A stretch of DNA of 64,000 nucleotides from Candidatus Bathyarchaeota archaeon (GTDB taxonomy: Archaea; Thermoproteota; CALKCG01; B24; DRYS01): assembly GCA_018396535.1 (NCBI GenBank), contig JAGTQC010000006.1, positions 29,047 through 93,046 of the forward strand, in the 5' to 3' direction. A model generated the notes under the pieces. That model was not told the DNA's origin. It saw only the letters and a program-made list of their open reading frames with translations, and did no database searches. Position numbers and translations under genes: made by a program. Position 1 is the stretch's first letter. Each line of letters starts with the position of its first letter. This document shows positions 38,717-48,843 of this stretch, piece after piece.

Positions 38717-39517
38717 CTACTGATGATATTGCATCGATGAAATTTCTATTTTAAATCTAACATTCGATCTGGTTAGCTCTTCTAATCCCTTAAGGCATGA
38801 AAGCATACCTTTAAGCGTTGACGATACGATATTCTCAGTAAACCTATTCAATTGAATAGGCTTCCCATCGAAGAATACCTCTACCCTAGAGCCCCTACTT
38901 AATGTACATATGTACGGCTCCACTTCCCCTCTGAGTATAGCTAAAGCGAAACTTCTACAATCGGTAAAACCACATCTACCGCAATCGGATCCTCCAAGGA
39001 TACGTGTAATTCTATCCAAGGCTTCATCCACCAACATTTTCGCTAAAAGATTAAGATCATCTATAGAGAATACAGGTTTATCCACGTTTATTCCATGTAT
39101 ATCCACCCCTTTCTTACATACTACCACAGCTAATAGATCCTTGAAAACGGTATTGCAGCTGGTATAGCCATCTGGAATACAGAGTATCTTAGGGTAATTA
39201 GCTTCTTTGAATCCTTCTATTAGCGTAAACGATGTGGAAGGTAGTAGATCCATGTATTCTTCTACACTGTCTCCAGTATTTGGTAAGAAAAGTGCCACCT
39301 CACCTCTAGATATAGCTAGAGATGCTCTAGCACCTGCAGCTCTATGCCTATAGGTATCTTTACCTATAACATCTATAGGATGGGAGCAATGCTTAACCGT
39401 AGCTACACTATAGCCTCTAGAAACCAGTATCTTTGTAAGTTCCTCTATAACCTTCGTCTTACCAGACCCCTTACCATAACCTATTATACATACGGTTAAC
39501 CCAGTCCATCTAGACAC
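38717..39517 (-). CDS. mobB: Molybdopterin-guanine dinucleotide biosynthesis protein B with C-terminal Fe-S domain
   Basis: SGKT, VKH, GKDT.RH..AGA, IEGFK, DCG.CG..C..FA. Confidence 0.88.
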   Translation of the reverse strand: MSRWTGLTVCIIGYGKGSGKTKVIEELTKILVSRGYSVATVKHCSHPIDVIGKDTYRHRAAGARASLAISRGEVALFLPNTGDSVEEYMDLLPSTSFTLIEGFKEANYPKILCIPDGYTSCNTVFKDLLAVVVCKKGVDIHGINVDKPVFSIDDLNLLAKMLVDEALDRITRILGGSDCGRCGFTDCRSFALAILRGEVEPYICTLSRGSRVEVFFDGKPIQLNRFTENIVSSTLKGMLSCLKGLEELTRSNVRFKIEISSMQYHQ

Positions 39518-40509
39518 TATATCTCCCCCTTCAACCCTCTGACAGCTGTAGCCATACCGCCGTATAAGCCTATATCTGCACCTAAAGGTGTTATAGCTAT
39601 GCGTGGAATCCTATTAACTGTATACATACCAATCCATCTCTCTATGTAGGGTAGAACTAGGTCAGAGTTATAGAGAGCTATAGATCCTCCTATCGTTATA
39701 AGCTCAGGATCGTAGACGTTAACTATAGATGCGAAACCCATAGCGTTTATCTTACCTACTTCTTCTACTATCATACTGGAGAATCTATCCTTACTTCTAG
39801 CTAGATCGTATACAAGCTTAGATGTAATATGATCGATACAACCGTTAGTCTCTCTAAAGAGTAGACTTGAACTCCATAATTCTCTTCGATTCTCAGCTAG
39901 GAGCTTCGCATACTTCGGTATACCTGAACCAGAACAGTATGCCTCCCAGTGACCTCTACCTCCACATCCACAGATAAGTCTTCCATCTATATCGACGACT
40001 ATATGGCCTATCTCATGAGCATTTCCATCCTTTCCTTTTAATAGGTTTCCATCTACTATGGCTCCTCCACCTATACCAGTACTAATAGTTACGTATACAA
40101 GGTTTCCTACACCTACACCGAGACCGAATGTATATTCAGCTAGAACAGCTGCGCTAGCATCATTAAGTATGAATACAGGTGTATCGAATTCATCTTCTAT
40201 AGGCTTCTTTAAAGGTATTCTTTCGATGCGTTTTTCCATAGCTAGATTAGCTACGTTGAATAATTCACCCTTCCTCATATCCATAGGCCCTATCGTAGCT
40301 ATACCTATAGCTGATAGGTCTTTCACCCCGTATCTGCTCATAATGATTCTAGATAACTTGATGACTTGGAGGGCTAAATCTAGGCTATCCTTGAGCTTAA
40401 CGGTGCGTTCTGTGATCTTATCGATTAGTTTTAATCCATCTGTTAAAGCTACCCTTATATTGGTAGCGCCTATGTCTACTGCGATTATAGGTTTATCTAT
40501 ACATGTCAT
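39517..40509 (-). CDS. ROK family sugar kinase (glucokinase-like)
   Basis: DIGAT, NDA, TGIGGG, EIGH, CGCG..GHWEAYCSG. Confidence 0.92.
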   Translation of the reverse strand: MTCIDKPIIAVDIGATNIRVALTDGLKLIDKITERTVKLKDSLDLALQVIKLSRIIMSRYGVKDLSAIGIATIGPMDMRKGELFNVANLAMEKRIERIPLKKPIEDEFDTPVFILNDASAAVLAEYTFGLGVGVGNLVYVTISTGIGGGAIVDGNLLKGKDGNAHEIGHIVVDIDGRLICGCGGRGHWEAYCSGSGIPKYAKLLAENRRELWSSSLLFRETNGCIDHITSKLVYDLARSKDRFSSMIVEEVGKINAMGFASIVNVYDPELITIGGSIALYNSDLVLPYIERWIGMYTVNRIPRIAITPLGADIGLYGGMATAVRGLKGEI

Positions 40510-40518
40510 AGTTTTTAA

Positions 40519-41178
40519 TCAACCTGTATCTACGCTGTAGGTAGCTATAGATTTATCAATTTCGGATTTAATATGGGATAGAATGGATTCTAGTAGGTTT
40601 ACGATGATACGCACCGGGGGTTTAGAGAATGGTGGATGAGATTTTACGAGCGAAACATGCCAGCGTATGGCTAATGGGAGCTTATAGTATTCAGCCATAC
40701 CCTTAATTAAAGCTTCTTTAAAGATAGTGAATGGCTGATATTCGGGAGGTATAGAGAATAGCGTTATCGATAAATACGAAGGTTTTAATCTAAGGATAGA
40801 CTCCATCAAAGATTTATCCTGGTTAAGTACATCTGCAAGTTCTGTGGAAATCTCTAGATCTGGTATATACGCTTTAAGCTCTTCTAGTATAGGATTAGCT
40901 TTGAACGTACGCTTACGATTATCCCATACGCACTCCATAGATTTAAGTCTCCTGTAGACGGGGTCGAATCTTTCATCCATTTCATCTTCGCTACGTGCTG
41001 TGTATACAGCTAGGAAGGATGATATACTGTATAATCCAGCTGAGCCTTTACTATATATGATGTAATCGTAGCTCGAATTTTTAATCTTAAGATAGATGTA
41101 TTTACCACTTACAGCATAGGATTCTACGAGCTCTCCGAGAATCCTAACTATCTTAGGCTTCTTTACCTCTACGCTCAA
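40519..41178 (-). CDS. Hypothetical protein
   Basis: 219-aa ORF in operon context; no recognised motif. Confidence 0.55.
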   Translation of the reverse strand: MSVEVKKPKIVRILGELVESYAVSGKYIYLKIKNSSYDYIIYSKGSAGLYSISSFLAVYTARSEDEMDERFDPVYRRLKSMECVWDNRKRTFKANPILEELKAYIPDLEISTELADVLNQDKSLMESILRLKPSYLSITLFSIPPEYQPFTIFKEALIKGMAEYYKLPLAIRWHVSLVKSHPPFSKPPVRIIVNLLESILSHIKSEIDKSIATYSVDTG

Positions 41179-41195
41179 CTCTAAGCGACACCCCG

Positions 41196-41417
41196 CTATT
41201 TTCCTAGAGACATCATAAGTATCGTTAAAGCTATCATGACAGCGATCATTATATATACAAGTTTCCTCATCCGATCCAGCTGCTTCTTCTGTTTCATATC
41301 GGTTTCAGCACATTCGCTAGAGCAATACTCTTTATCTGGGGGTATAGCTGCACCGCAAACCGGGCAATGCTTATGCGGAATAATCCTACCAGATTTCTCA
41401 TTCCTTTTAGAAGACAA
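41196..41417 (-). CDS. DUF2116 Zn-ribbon membrane protein
   Basis: PH.HC.VCG..IPPD..YCS..C plus C-terminal TM. Confidence 0.85.
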   Translation of the reverse strand: MSSKRNEKSGRIIPHKHCPVCGAAIPPDKEYCSSECAETDMKQKKQLDRMRKLVYIMIAVMIALTILMMSLGK

Positions 41418-41523
41418 CCCTCATCCACTATCTAGACTATTCTCGGTATCCTAACGTATAAAGGTGTTCTGTTATAAATATAGTGAGGGTGGGGTATACT
41501 AGGGTATAGTTCGCATGCAGATT

Positions 41524-42006
41524 CTATGAGCCGCTCGTAAGTTTTTTAAGTAGATGCGCCATCCTTTTAGCCTTTCTTCTTACTGCCTCTATATCTGACC
41601 TATTTCCTTTACCTTTAACAGCTACTCCATAATGATAATCATCAGGATCTCCTTGGACGATCATACCATGTACGAGCATGGATGATATTATTGATAGGAT
41701 AGTTGTTTCAGCACCGGTAGAGTATCCTCCAGCTGAGGTAAATGCAGCTCCAACCTTACCATCCAATCTTCCATGTATCTTAACAGAATCGTCTATTAGC
41801 TTCTTAACTTCTGAAGCCATAAGTCCATAATATGTTGGGGAGCCTATAGCTATACCATCATATTTTTCTAAATCTTCAGGTTTAACTTCTGAAACAGGTT
41901 TAAGATCAACCTCTACACCCTCCTCCTTTAAAGTTTCTGCGAATAACTCAGCTAACCTTCGTGTATTACCAGTTCTAGAATAGTATGTTACAAGGACTCT
42001 CGCCAT
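41524..42006 (-). CDS. Flavodoxin-like WrbA family NAD(P)H:quinone oxidoreductase
   Basis: YYSRTGNT, GSPTYYG, GKVGAAF, GG..G.E. Confidence 0.88.
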   Translation of the reverse strand: MARVLVTYYSRTGNTRRLAELFAETLKEEGVEVDLKPVSEVKPEDLEKYDGIAIGSPTYYGLMASEVKKLIDDSVKIHGRLDGKVGAAFTSAGGYSTGAETTILSIISSMLVHGMIVQGDPDDYHYGVAVKGKGNRSDIEAVRRKAKRMAHLLKKLTSGS

Positions 42007-42082
42007 ATCGACTCGATAACCATTATTAAATTAATAGACTCATAAACCTTATCTTTCAACCTAACCTAGACTATATGTAGAA

Positions 42083-43219
42083 TTGGAGAAGCTCGGTGTA
42101 ACGGATCTACCTCTACATGGAGGTAAAGCTCCTGGATGGCTTATTAGACGTATGAAGAGTTTAAGCTCCATAATATTGAGGATAATGTATGATGAGTATG
42201 GATCTAAAGGTATACTTGTAAGATTATCCAACCCGTTTTGGTTCCAGAGTCTAGCATGCGTCTTAGGCTACGACTGGGATAGTAGTGGTACGACTACAGT
42301 TCTATGTGGGATCCTTAAGACCGTACTATCATCTGAAGTTGATGTAGGTATTAGAGCTGTAGGTGGTAAGGGTTCTGAAAGTAGAAGAGCTCAGGATGAG
42401 ATTGTAGAGGTAGGTAGGATCTACCGTTTATCTGAAGAAGAGATACATAGGCTTAGGTATGCTAGTAGACTTGCTGCTAAAGTGGATAACGCTGCTATTC
42501 AGGATGGATATCAGATATATCATCATACTATGTTCATATGTGATGATGGAAGCTGGGCTATCGTACAACAGGGTATGAATGAAGAGATAGGATGGGCTAG
42601 GAGATATCATTGGTTATCGAGTAAGGTTAGTAGTTTCGTAGTAGAGCCTCATGAAGCTATAGTCGGTGATGGCAAGCATAGCTACGTCCTGAATATGGTT
42701 GCATACGAATCTGAAGGTTGTAGGAAGGCTTCAGTAGATCTGATATGTGAAGAGCCATCTAAGATAAGGAGGCTTCTCTCTGAGTTGAGCTTAGATAGAA
42801 GACAGAAGACTATAGAGGAGATTATGGGATCTAGTAGAGTCTACAGTAAGCCTTGGATGAAGCTTAAACTTAACCCTGAATCCATCAATTGGGATGCTTT
42901 GAAAAAAGTTTATGAAGTCAAACCATCTAGCTACGAAGAATTATTAGCTTTAAAGGGTATAGGGCCTGCTACCGTTAGGAGCTTAGCTCTAGTATCTGAT
43001 ATAATCTATGGTGAACCACCTAGCTGGAGGGATCCAGTTAAATACTGTTTTGCATTTGGAGGGAAAGATGGTATTCCATTCCCTATACTTCGTAGAGTCT
43101 ATGATGAGGTTATATCGATCTTAAACGAAGCATACGATAGATGTAAGCTTGGCGATAAAGCTAGGTTTGAAGCTATTAAGACGCTATCCAGGTATATGGA
43201 TAGATTAGGTTTAAAATAG
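42083..43219 (+). CDS. DUF763 family protein
   Basis: LPLH.G.AP.WL, DW.SSG.TT, AKVD..A.QDG, ARRYHW, GGKDG.PFP. Confidence 0.9.
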   Translation: MEKLGVTDLPLHGGKAPGWLIRRMKSLSSIILRIMYDEYGSKGILVRLSNPFWFQSLACVLGYDWDSSGTTTVLCGILKTVLSSEVDVGIRAVGGKGSESRRAQDEIVEVGRIYRLSEEEIHRLRYASRLAAKVDNAAIQDGYQIYHHTMFICDDGSWAIVQQGMNEEIGWARRYHWLSSKVSSFVVEPHEAIVGDGKHSYVLNMVAYESEGCRKASVDLICEEPSKIRRLLSELSLDRRQKTIEEIMGSSRVYSKPWMKLKLNPESINWDALKKVYEVKPSSYEELLALKGIGPATVRSLALVSDIIYGEPPSWRDPVKYCFAFGGKDGIPFPILRRVYDEVISILNEAYDRCKLGDKARFEAIKTLSRYMDRLGLK

Positions 43220-43225
43220 GATGCT

Positions 43226-44134
43226 TCACCCCTCTTCACGGATGTTAAATCTCTTAGACGGCTTCTCAGGATATAGTTCGTAAAGCTCCTTCCTTCGAGC
43301 TTCTAGCATTAAAGGCTCTTTACCTATAAACTCGGCTGCAGTCATAATTTTCACGTTTGATCCACCTACTCTATCCATTAGAGGCTTCATTTTATCCATC
43401 CAGGTTATATCCCTGAGTAGATGATGATCTAGTATGATCGTTTTAACGAACCCCGCCTCGATGACTCTAGATATGTTCTCTATAGATCTATCTAGACTAT
43501 GCCTAGGGTATCTATAGCCGAGCATATAAGTCATAGGTCCATCTATAAATGCTATCGTAGGCTTACATTCAGTAAGGAATTCTACTTGATCATCCAACGA
43601 CGGCCCTTCTACATCACTCGTGTAGACTAGCCTATCTACTCCATCATCTATAAAAACTTCTATGACATATCCAAGCCTACTATTAACTCCGTGGAATACT
43701 GGTTTAGAAAATCTAATCTTAGTAGACCCGAATACGTACTCCTTACAATCAGCTTCCTCTAGCTTATCCGGAACATCTCGTATCCTTTCTAGGAAGTATG
43801 ATGCTCTACGCTTCTGACTGAAGTTTATGTTATCTCTAGGATTCTTTATAAAGACTATCTTTCCATCGTATATCTCCAAACCTTCATCTGGGTTATGATG
43901 ATCATAGTGGTAATGCGTAACTACGATTATATCAGCTTTACATCCATATTCGATTATCTTCCTCCAATCCTCCTCCATCTTATCAATCTCTAAACTATGA
44001 GGGGGTAGACCGTATCTTATAGGTGCAAGCGATACTCCTGGATCCACTATGATCCTCACATCCTTTGTCTCTACGTAGATACACATACTTCTGGTACCCA
44101 TAGAGTCGAAGCTTATCGGGATGATCTTCAACAT
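43226..44134 (-). CDS. MBL-fold metallo-hydrolase (UPF0282-like)
   Basis: S.G.RSM, THYHYDH, SDV.GP, DHHLLRD, LEARR. Confidence 0.85.
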   Translation of the reverse strand: MLKIIPISFDSMGTRSMCIYVETKDVRIIVDPGVSLAPIRYGLPPHSLEIDKMEEDWRKIIEYGCKADIIVVTHYHYDHHNPDEGLEIYDGKIVFIKNPRDNINFSQKRRASYFLERIRDVPDKLEEADCKEYVFGSTKIRFSKPVFHGVNSRLGYVIEVFIDDGVDRLVYTSDVEGPSLDDQVEFLTECKPTIAFIDGPMTYMLGYRYPRHSLDRSIENISRVIEAGFVKTIILDHHLLRDITWMDKMKPLMDRVGGSNVKIMTAAEFIGKEPLMLEARRKELYELYPEKPSKRFNIREEG

Positions 44135-44206
44135 TGAACTCCACTAGCTATGTATATCACTAAAGATTTAAATTTGAGAATTCAATCGATGAAGGTTGAT
44201 AAGGCT

Positions 44207-44707
44207 ATGGTTAAAGGTAGAAACTACCGTATACCATCAACCCCACCCTACACTAGACGTGAGTATATAGATGGTATACCACAACCCAAGATAGTTAGAC
44301 TGGATATGGGGAATACTAAAGCGGAGTTTCCATGTAGGGTCGAGCTTATAGCTAAAGAGGGGGGGCAGATAAGGGATAATGCTCTCGAATCAGCTAGACT
44401 AGCTGCTAATAAGTACCTAGAGACAAATCTAAGCCCAGATAGCTACCACTTCAGAATTAACGTGTATCCGCATATAGTGTTAAGGGAGCATAAGATGCAG
44501 ACGGGTGCAGGTGCAGATAGGCTATCTCAGGGTATGCGTAGAGCTTTCGGTAGACCTATAGGTACTGCTGCGAGGATTTCCCCAGGTCAAATCATAGCTT
44601 TCGTGGAGGTTAACGAGGATGGTGTAGAGAAGGCATGCGAAGCACTTAAAAGAGCAGCATACAAGATACCTGTAGAGACGACTATCATAGTCTCTAGGAA
44701 GAGTTAA
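44207..44707 (+). CDS. rpl10e: 50S ribosomal protein L10e (uL16)
   Basis: YTRREYI, QIR.NALE.AR, YPH..LRE.K...AGADR...GMR.AFG. Likely start 44207 (track start 44150). Confidence 0.96.
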   Translation: MVKGRNYRIPSTPPYTRREYIDGIPQPKIVRLDMGNTKAEFPCRVELIAKEGGQIRDNALESARLAANKYLETNLSPDSYHFRINVYPHIVLREHKMQTGAGADRLSQGMRRAFGRPIGTAARISPGQIIAFVEVNEDGVEKACEALKRAAYKIPVETTIIVSRKS

Positions 44708-44754
44708 CTTTTATTTTAGTGTCGAGTGAAATTATAGTTTTAACGGGAGTTTAA

Positions 44755-45744
44755 GTGTTCACATTAGATTACGAAGAGGTTCTATCTAGGATTAGAAGCT
44801 ATAACCCTAGGCGTATCTTAATCCAAGCTCCAGAGGGGTTTTCTGACTACGCTCTCAAACTTGCAGATCTAATTAGGGATAATTTCGATTGTAGAGTTTA
44901 TGTATCGGCAGATCCATGCTTCGGGGCTTGTATGCTACCATATGATGCAGCTAGGAAGTTATCGATCGACCTAATAATACATATGGGTCATGCAGTTATA
45001 CCAAATATGAACTCGAATAGAGTTCTATACATAGAGATGAGGTCGGATGTAGATTTAAAGAAGGCTGTAGCAAAGGTTATAGACATCCTAGAGGGTTATC
45101 GTAGAATAGGGCTTGTAACGATAGTTCAGCATATCGATAGGCTGTACGAAGCTAAAGAAGTGTTGGAAGAATATGGGAAAATTGTATACATAGGTAAGCC
45201 TAGGCTTAGAGCTATCTACGATGGACAGATACTTGGATGCGATACAACTGCAGCTGAGGATATAGCGGGTAATGTCGATGCATTCCTCTATATAGGTGGT
45301 GGCTTATTCCATCCTCTAGGTGTAGCTCTAGCAACTGGTAAACCTACATTCGCAGTTGATCCATTCACTCTTCAAGTAACTGATCTAGGAAATGTGAAGA
45401 GAAGGTTCCTTGCTAGAAGATATGCATCGATAGTTAAAGCTATGGATGCTAAGGTTTTCGGTATAATACTTGGTCTACAACCTGGTCAGATGTTTCTAGA
45501 TATAGTTGAAGAGATCGAATCTATTCTTAGAAGATATGGTAAGACTGTCTACATTCTACCGATACATATATTTGACCCAGATATACTTTCAAGTTTCAGG
45601 AGTATAGATGTATTCGTCAACACAGCTTGTCCTAGACTAGCTTTAGAGGATAGCTTCAGGATAGATAGACCCGTATTGAATCCTAACGAAGTTTTAGTCG
45701 CTTTAGGAGTTAAGAAGTGGGATGAACTCTTTAGAGATACCTGA
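44755..45744 (+). CDS. dph2: 2-(3-amino-3-carboxypropyl)histidine synthase (diphthamide biosynthesis)
   Basis: Q.PEG, CFGAC, H.GH, GQILGC, G.FH, TACPR. Confidence 0.92.
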   Translation: MFTLDYEEVLSRIRSYNPRRILIQAPEGFSDYALKLADLIRDNFDCRVYVSADPCFGACMLPYDAARKLSIDLIIHMGHAVIPNMNSNRVLYIEMRSDVDLKKAVAKVIDILEGYRRIGLVTIVQHIDRLYEAKEVLEEYGKIVYIGKPRLRAIYDGQILGCDTTAAEDIAGNVDAFLYIGGGLFHPLGVALATGKPTFAVDPFTLQVTDLGNVKRRFLARRYASIVKAMDAKVFGIILGLQPGQMFLDIVEEIESILRRYGKTVYILPIHIFDPDILSSFRSIDVFVNTACPRLALEDSFRIDRPVLNPNEVLVALGVKKWDELFRDT

Positions 45745-46357
45745 TTGGAGAGAGATCGAGATTAAGCTATCTAAGCTTATAGGTTATCCTAAACCTAAAC
45801 CTAGTTTAGAACAGTATTCTACACCAGTCGATCTAGCTGTAAAGGTTTTAAGGTTAGCATACTTTAGGAGGGATCTATATGGTAAAATAGTGCTCGATCT
45901 AGGATGCGGTACAGGTATACTATCTATAGGTGCAGCTCTATTAGGAGCAGAGTATGTTATCGGTATCGATATAGATAGATCAGCTTTAGAAGCTGCTTCG
46001 ATGAATGCGAAGATGCTAAATGTATCAGATATAATAGATTGGGTTCAAGCAGATGTAGCTAACTTCAATCTAAAAGGTAAATGTGATACTGTTATACAGA
46101 ATCCACCATTCGGTGTTCAGCGTAGAGGAGCTGATAGGGTATTTCTATCTAAAGCTCTAGAAATCGGCCGTATAGTGTATAGCATGCATAAGAGTGAAAC
46201 CGATGAGTTTATAAAGAACTATATTGAAAGATATGGAGGTAAGATAGAGGCTATATACATAGCTGAGATAGAGATACCATACCTATTTAGCTTTCATAGG
46301 AAACCTAGACATAGCGTTAAGATAAATGTGTATAGGGTGGTATCTCGAGATGGGTAG
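45722..46357 (+). CDS. METTL5 family RNA methyltransferase
   Basis: LEQY.TP, DLGCGTG, NPPFG, YSMHK, FH. Confidence 0.9.
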   Translation: MNSLEIPDWREIEIKLSKLIGYPKPKPSLEQYSTPVDLAVKVLRLAYFRRDLYGKIVLDLGCGTGILSIGAALLGAEYVIGIDIDRSALEAASMNAKMLNVSDIIDWVQADVANFNLKGKCDTVIQNPPFGVQRRGADRVFLSKALEIGRIVYSMHKSETDEFIKNYIERYGGKIEAIYIAEIEIPYLFSFHRKPRHSVKINVYRVVSRDG

Positions 46358-46934
46358 TGGTGTACTGAAGAGGGGGGAGCTAGTAGTACCTGGAGATAAA
46401 GTAGCTGTAATAGAGGAATTCGAGCCTAAATACGGATTCTACGAAGATCTAGGTGTTGTAAGAGCATCGATCGTAGGGTACCCTATATTCGATATGGATA
46501 AACGTATAGTCTACATCGAGAAGACTTTATCTAAAAACTCTATACCTAGACCTGGTGATGACGTGTATTGTATCGCATATGAGGTAAGTGATAAAATAGC
46601 TTTCGCACATATAATCAAGGTTATAGGTAGACCTAAAGTTTTCCAACCCCCCTTTACAGGTGTTATACATATATCTAGATTGAAAAAGGCTAAAGTGAAT
46701 AGTATTAGAGAGATAGTTAAGCTCGGGGATCATCTATATGCATCGATAATATCGCGCCGTAACAACGTATATCACCTTACGATTTCTGGACCAGAGTTCG
46801 GTGTTATACTAGCTAGATGCCCATACTGTGGCTTATTGTTAGAGAAGAAGGATCAGAATCTTGTATGCAGTAAATGTAATATAGTAGAGCAGAGGAAGAT
46901 AAGTAAATATTACGGCAACTTTAAGATTGTTTAA
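46350..46934 (+). CDS. csl4: Exosome RNA-binding subunit Csl4
   Basis: V.PGD....EEF, S1 domain, GVI.A.C..CG...C..C..E.RK; likely start 46350. Confidence 0.9.
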   Translation: MGSGVLKRGELVVPGDKVAVIEEFEPKYGFYEDLGVVRASIVGYPIFDMDKRIVYIEKTLSKNSIPRPGDDVYCIAYEVSDKIAFAHIIKVIGRPKVFQPPFTGVIHISRLKKAKVNSIREIVKLGDHLYASIISRRNNVYHLTISGPEFGVILARCPYCGLLLEKKDQNLVCSKCNIVEQRKISKYYGNFKIV

Positions 46935-46940
46935 TCGAGG

Positions 46941-47231
46941 TTGATCAGAATGGAAATCAAGATAGTAGAAAGAGGGGATAAATACGCTAAGATAGAGGTT
47001 AAAGGGGAGGATCATACATTGCTCCATGCCCTACAGGATGAAGCTCTTAGAGATGAAAACGTCGAGTATGTAGGCTATCATATTCCGTATCCACTCGAAA
47101 GAAGGGGAATAATAGTAATAAGGGTGAAGGAAGGCGATCCGATTGTAGCTTTAGAGAGAGCTGCAAAGAAGTTAATCGAAGATACGGATATGATCCATAA
47201 GTTATTCCTAGAAGCTAGTAAGGGAGCGTAG
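46941..47231 (+). CDS. rpoL: RNA polymerase subunit Rpo11 (L)
   Basis: GEDHTL...L, V..GY.IP.P. Confidence 0.92.
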   Translation: MIRMEIKIVERGDKYAKIEVKGEDHTLLHALQDEALRDENVEYVGYHIPYPLERRGIIVIRVKEGDPIVALERAAKKLIEDTDMIHKLFLEASKGA

Positions 47232-47232
47232 C

Positions 47233-47679
47233 ATGTTTAAACGTGAGGTTAGGGTGTTAGGTTTAACTTATCGTTCTTATGATGATCATAGGTTTATCCT
47301 AGGTGTGGTTTTCCGTGGGAAACTATGGCTTGACGGTATTCTCTACCGTAGATTTGATTGTAGACGTGGTATTCTAGATGAGCTTATAGATATGTTCAGT
47401 GAATCACCACATAGAGGGCAGGTCAGGGTAATAGTTTTAGATAACCTGTTATATTCTGCTATCGATCTACTTGGTGTTGAAAAGATCCACAGTACTTTTA
47501 ATCTTCCAGTAGTTGTATTGGATGATGGTAAAGTTATAGTAGCCGTAGGTTTAGATAACGTGGATGATTTTATGAGGGTAGCTGGATTAGATGGTAAGGT
47601 GGAAGCTTTAAGAGTTGCTTCTATGATAGCGGATAGGCTCCTTGAACTATTAACGTTTAAATCGCAGAGTATTCAGTAA
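47233..47679 (+). CDS. DUF99 (endonuclease V-like) protein, short/degenerate
   Basis: Conserved position between rpoL and tfs; GVVFRG..WLDG, QVRVIVLD, EALRVA. Confidence 0.7.
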   Translation: MFKREVRVLGLTYRSYDDHRFILGVVFRGKLWLDGILYRRFDCRRGILDELIDMFSESPHRGQVRVIVLDNLLYSAIDLLGVEKIHSTFNLPVVVLDDGKVIVAVGLDNVDDFMRVAGLDGKVEALRVASMIADRLLELLTFKSQSIQ

Positions 47680-47699
47680 GGTATTTCAAGGTGTAATCC

Positions 47700-48032
47700 A
47701 TGCGCTTTTGTCCTAAATGCGGAGCTAGAGTCATATTAAAGAGGAGAGATAACTTGCTACTACTAGAATGCCATAGATGTGGTTACAATGCTGTAGTAGA
47801 TGAGAATGTGAGAGAAGTATCAGAAGTAACTACTAGTAGGTTTGAAGCGGTAACAATAGTAAGCGGGAATACTGAGAATATTAGAGCTCTACCTACTACA
47901 ACGGCTGAATGTCCTAGATGCGGTTATGATAAAGCATATTGGTGGATGGTTCAAACTAGGAGTGCGGATGAAGCTCCTACTAGATTCTTCAGATGTGTAA
48001 AATGTGGGTATGTATGGAGGGAGTATGCATAG
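47700..48032 (+). CDS. tfs: Transcription factor S
   Basis: FCPKCG ... CPRCG...A...QTRSADE..TRFFRC..CG..WREY. Confidence 0.95.
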   Translation: MRFCPKCGARVILKRRDNLLLLECHRCGYNAVVDENVREVSEVTTSRFEAVTIVSGNTENIRALPTTTAECPRCGYDKAYWWMVQTRSADEAPTRFFRCVKCGYVWREYA

Positions 48033-48092
48033 AATCTAGGTATTAAACTATTTAAGGTGTATAAACCCTCTAAGATATTTTGAAGATGGGAT

Positions 48093-48836
48093 ATGCTCCG
48101 ATTTAGTCTTCCAGATGCTAAACTTTGGAGATATGTATTAGATGCTGTATCAGCATTAGTGGATGAGGTATCGGTAAGAGCTGGACCTGACGGATTAAAG
48201 ATAAAGGCTCTAGATCCTAGTCATGTAGCTCTTATAAATCTTGAGCTTAGACCAGAGGCTTTCACAGACTATGAGTGTGATGAGGAGACTAGCATCGGTT
48301 TAAGCCTACCAGAGATGCTTAAACTCATGAAGAATGTTAAAAGCGGTGAATCCATGACCGCCTTGCTTGAAGATGGAAAACGTTTAAGAATAGAATTTGT
48401 AGGTGAGTATAAGCGTACTATTAGACTCCCATCACTCGATCTAGCTGTCGAAGAGATACCTACACTTAAAGTAGATTTTACCGTTAGAGCTAGACTTGTA
48501 TCTAGGAGTTTAAGATCTACTGTTAAGGAGGCTGAAACAATAGCTGAAACGATTAGGTTTAGAGCTACTAAAGATAAGCTTATGGTTTCGGCTAAGGGTG
48601 AAGTTAGTGCTCTAGATATAGAGTATACCGTTGGTAGTGAAGCACTATTAGAGTTAGATGCAAGAGAGGAAGCTGAAGCATCATACAATGTCGAATTCCT
48701 ATCCGAAATGGTAGATTCAGGCTACAAGATTGCTGATATAGTAGATCTAGAGTATGCGTCTAATATGCCTTTAAAACTAACGTTTAATTTGATAAATGGA
48801 AAAGTTGAGTACTATCTAGCACCATATGTAGAGTAG
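48093..48836 (+). CDS. pcna: PCNA sliding clamp
   Basis: A.DPSHVALI, F..Y, P.L.F, Y..EFL, MPLKL, YYLAP. Confidence 0.95.
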   Translation: MLRFSLPDAKLWRYVLDAVSALVDEVSVRAGPDGLKIKALDPSHVALINLELRPEAFTDYECDEETSIGLSLPEMLKLMKNVKSGESMTALLEDGKRLRIEFVGEYKRTIRLPSLDLAVEEIPTLKVDFTVRARLVSRSLRSTVKEAETIAETIRFRATKDKLMVSAKGEVSALDIEYTVGSEALLELDAREEAEASYNVEFLSEMVDSGYKIADIVDLEYASNMPLKLTFNLINGKVEYYLAPYVE

Positions 48837-48843
48837 CCTCATA

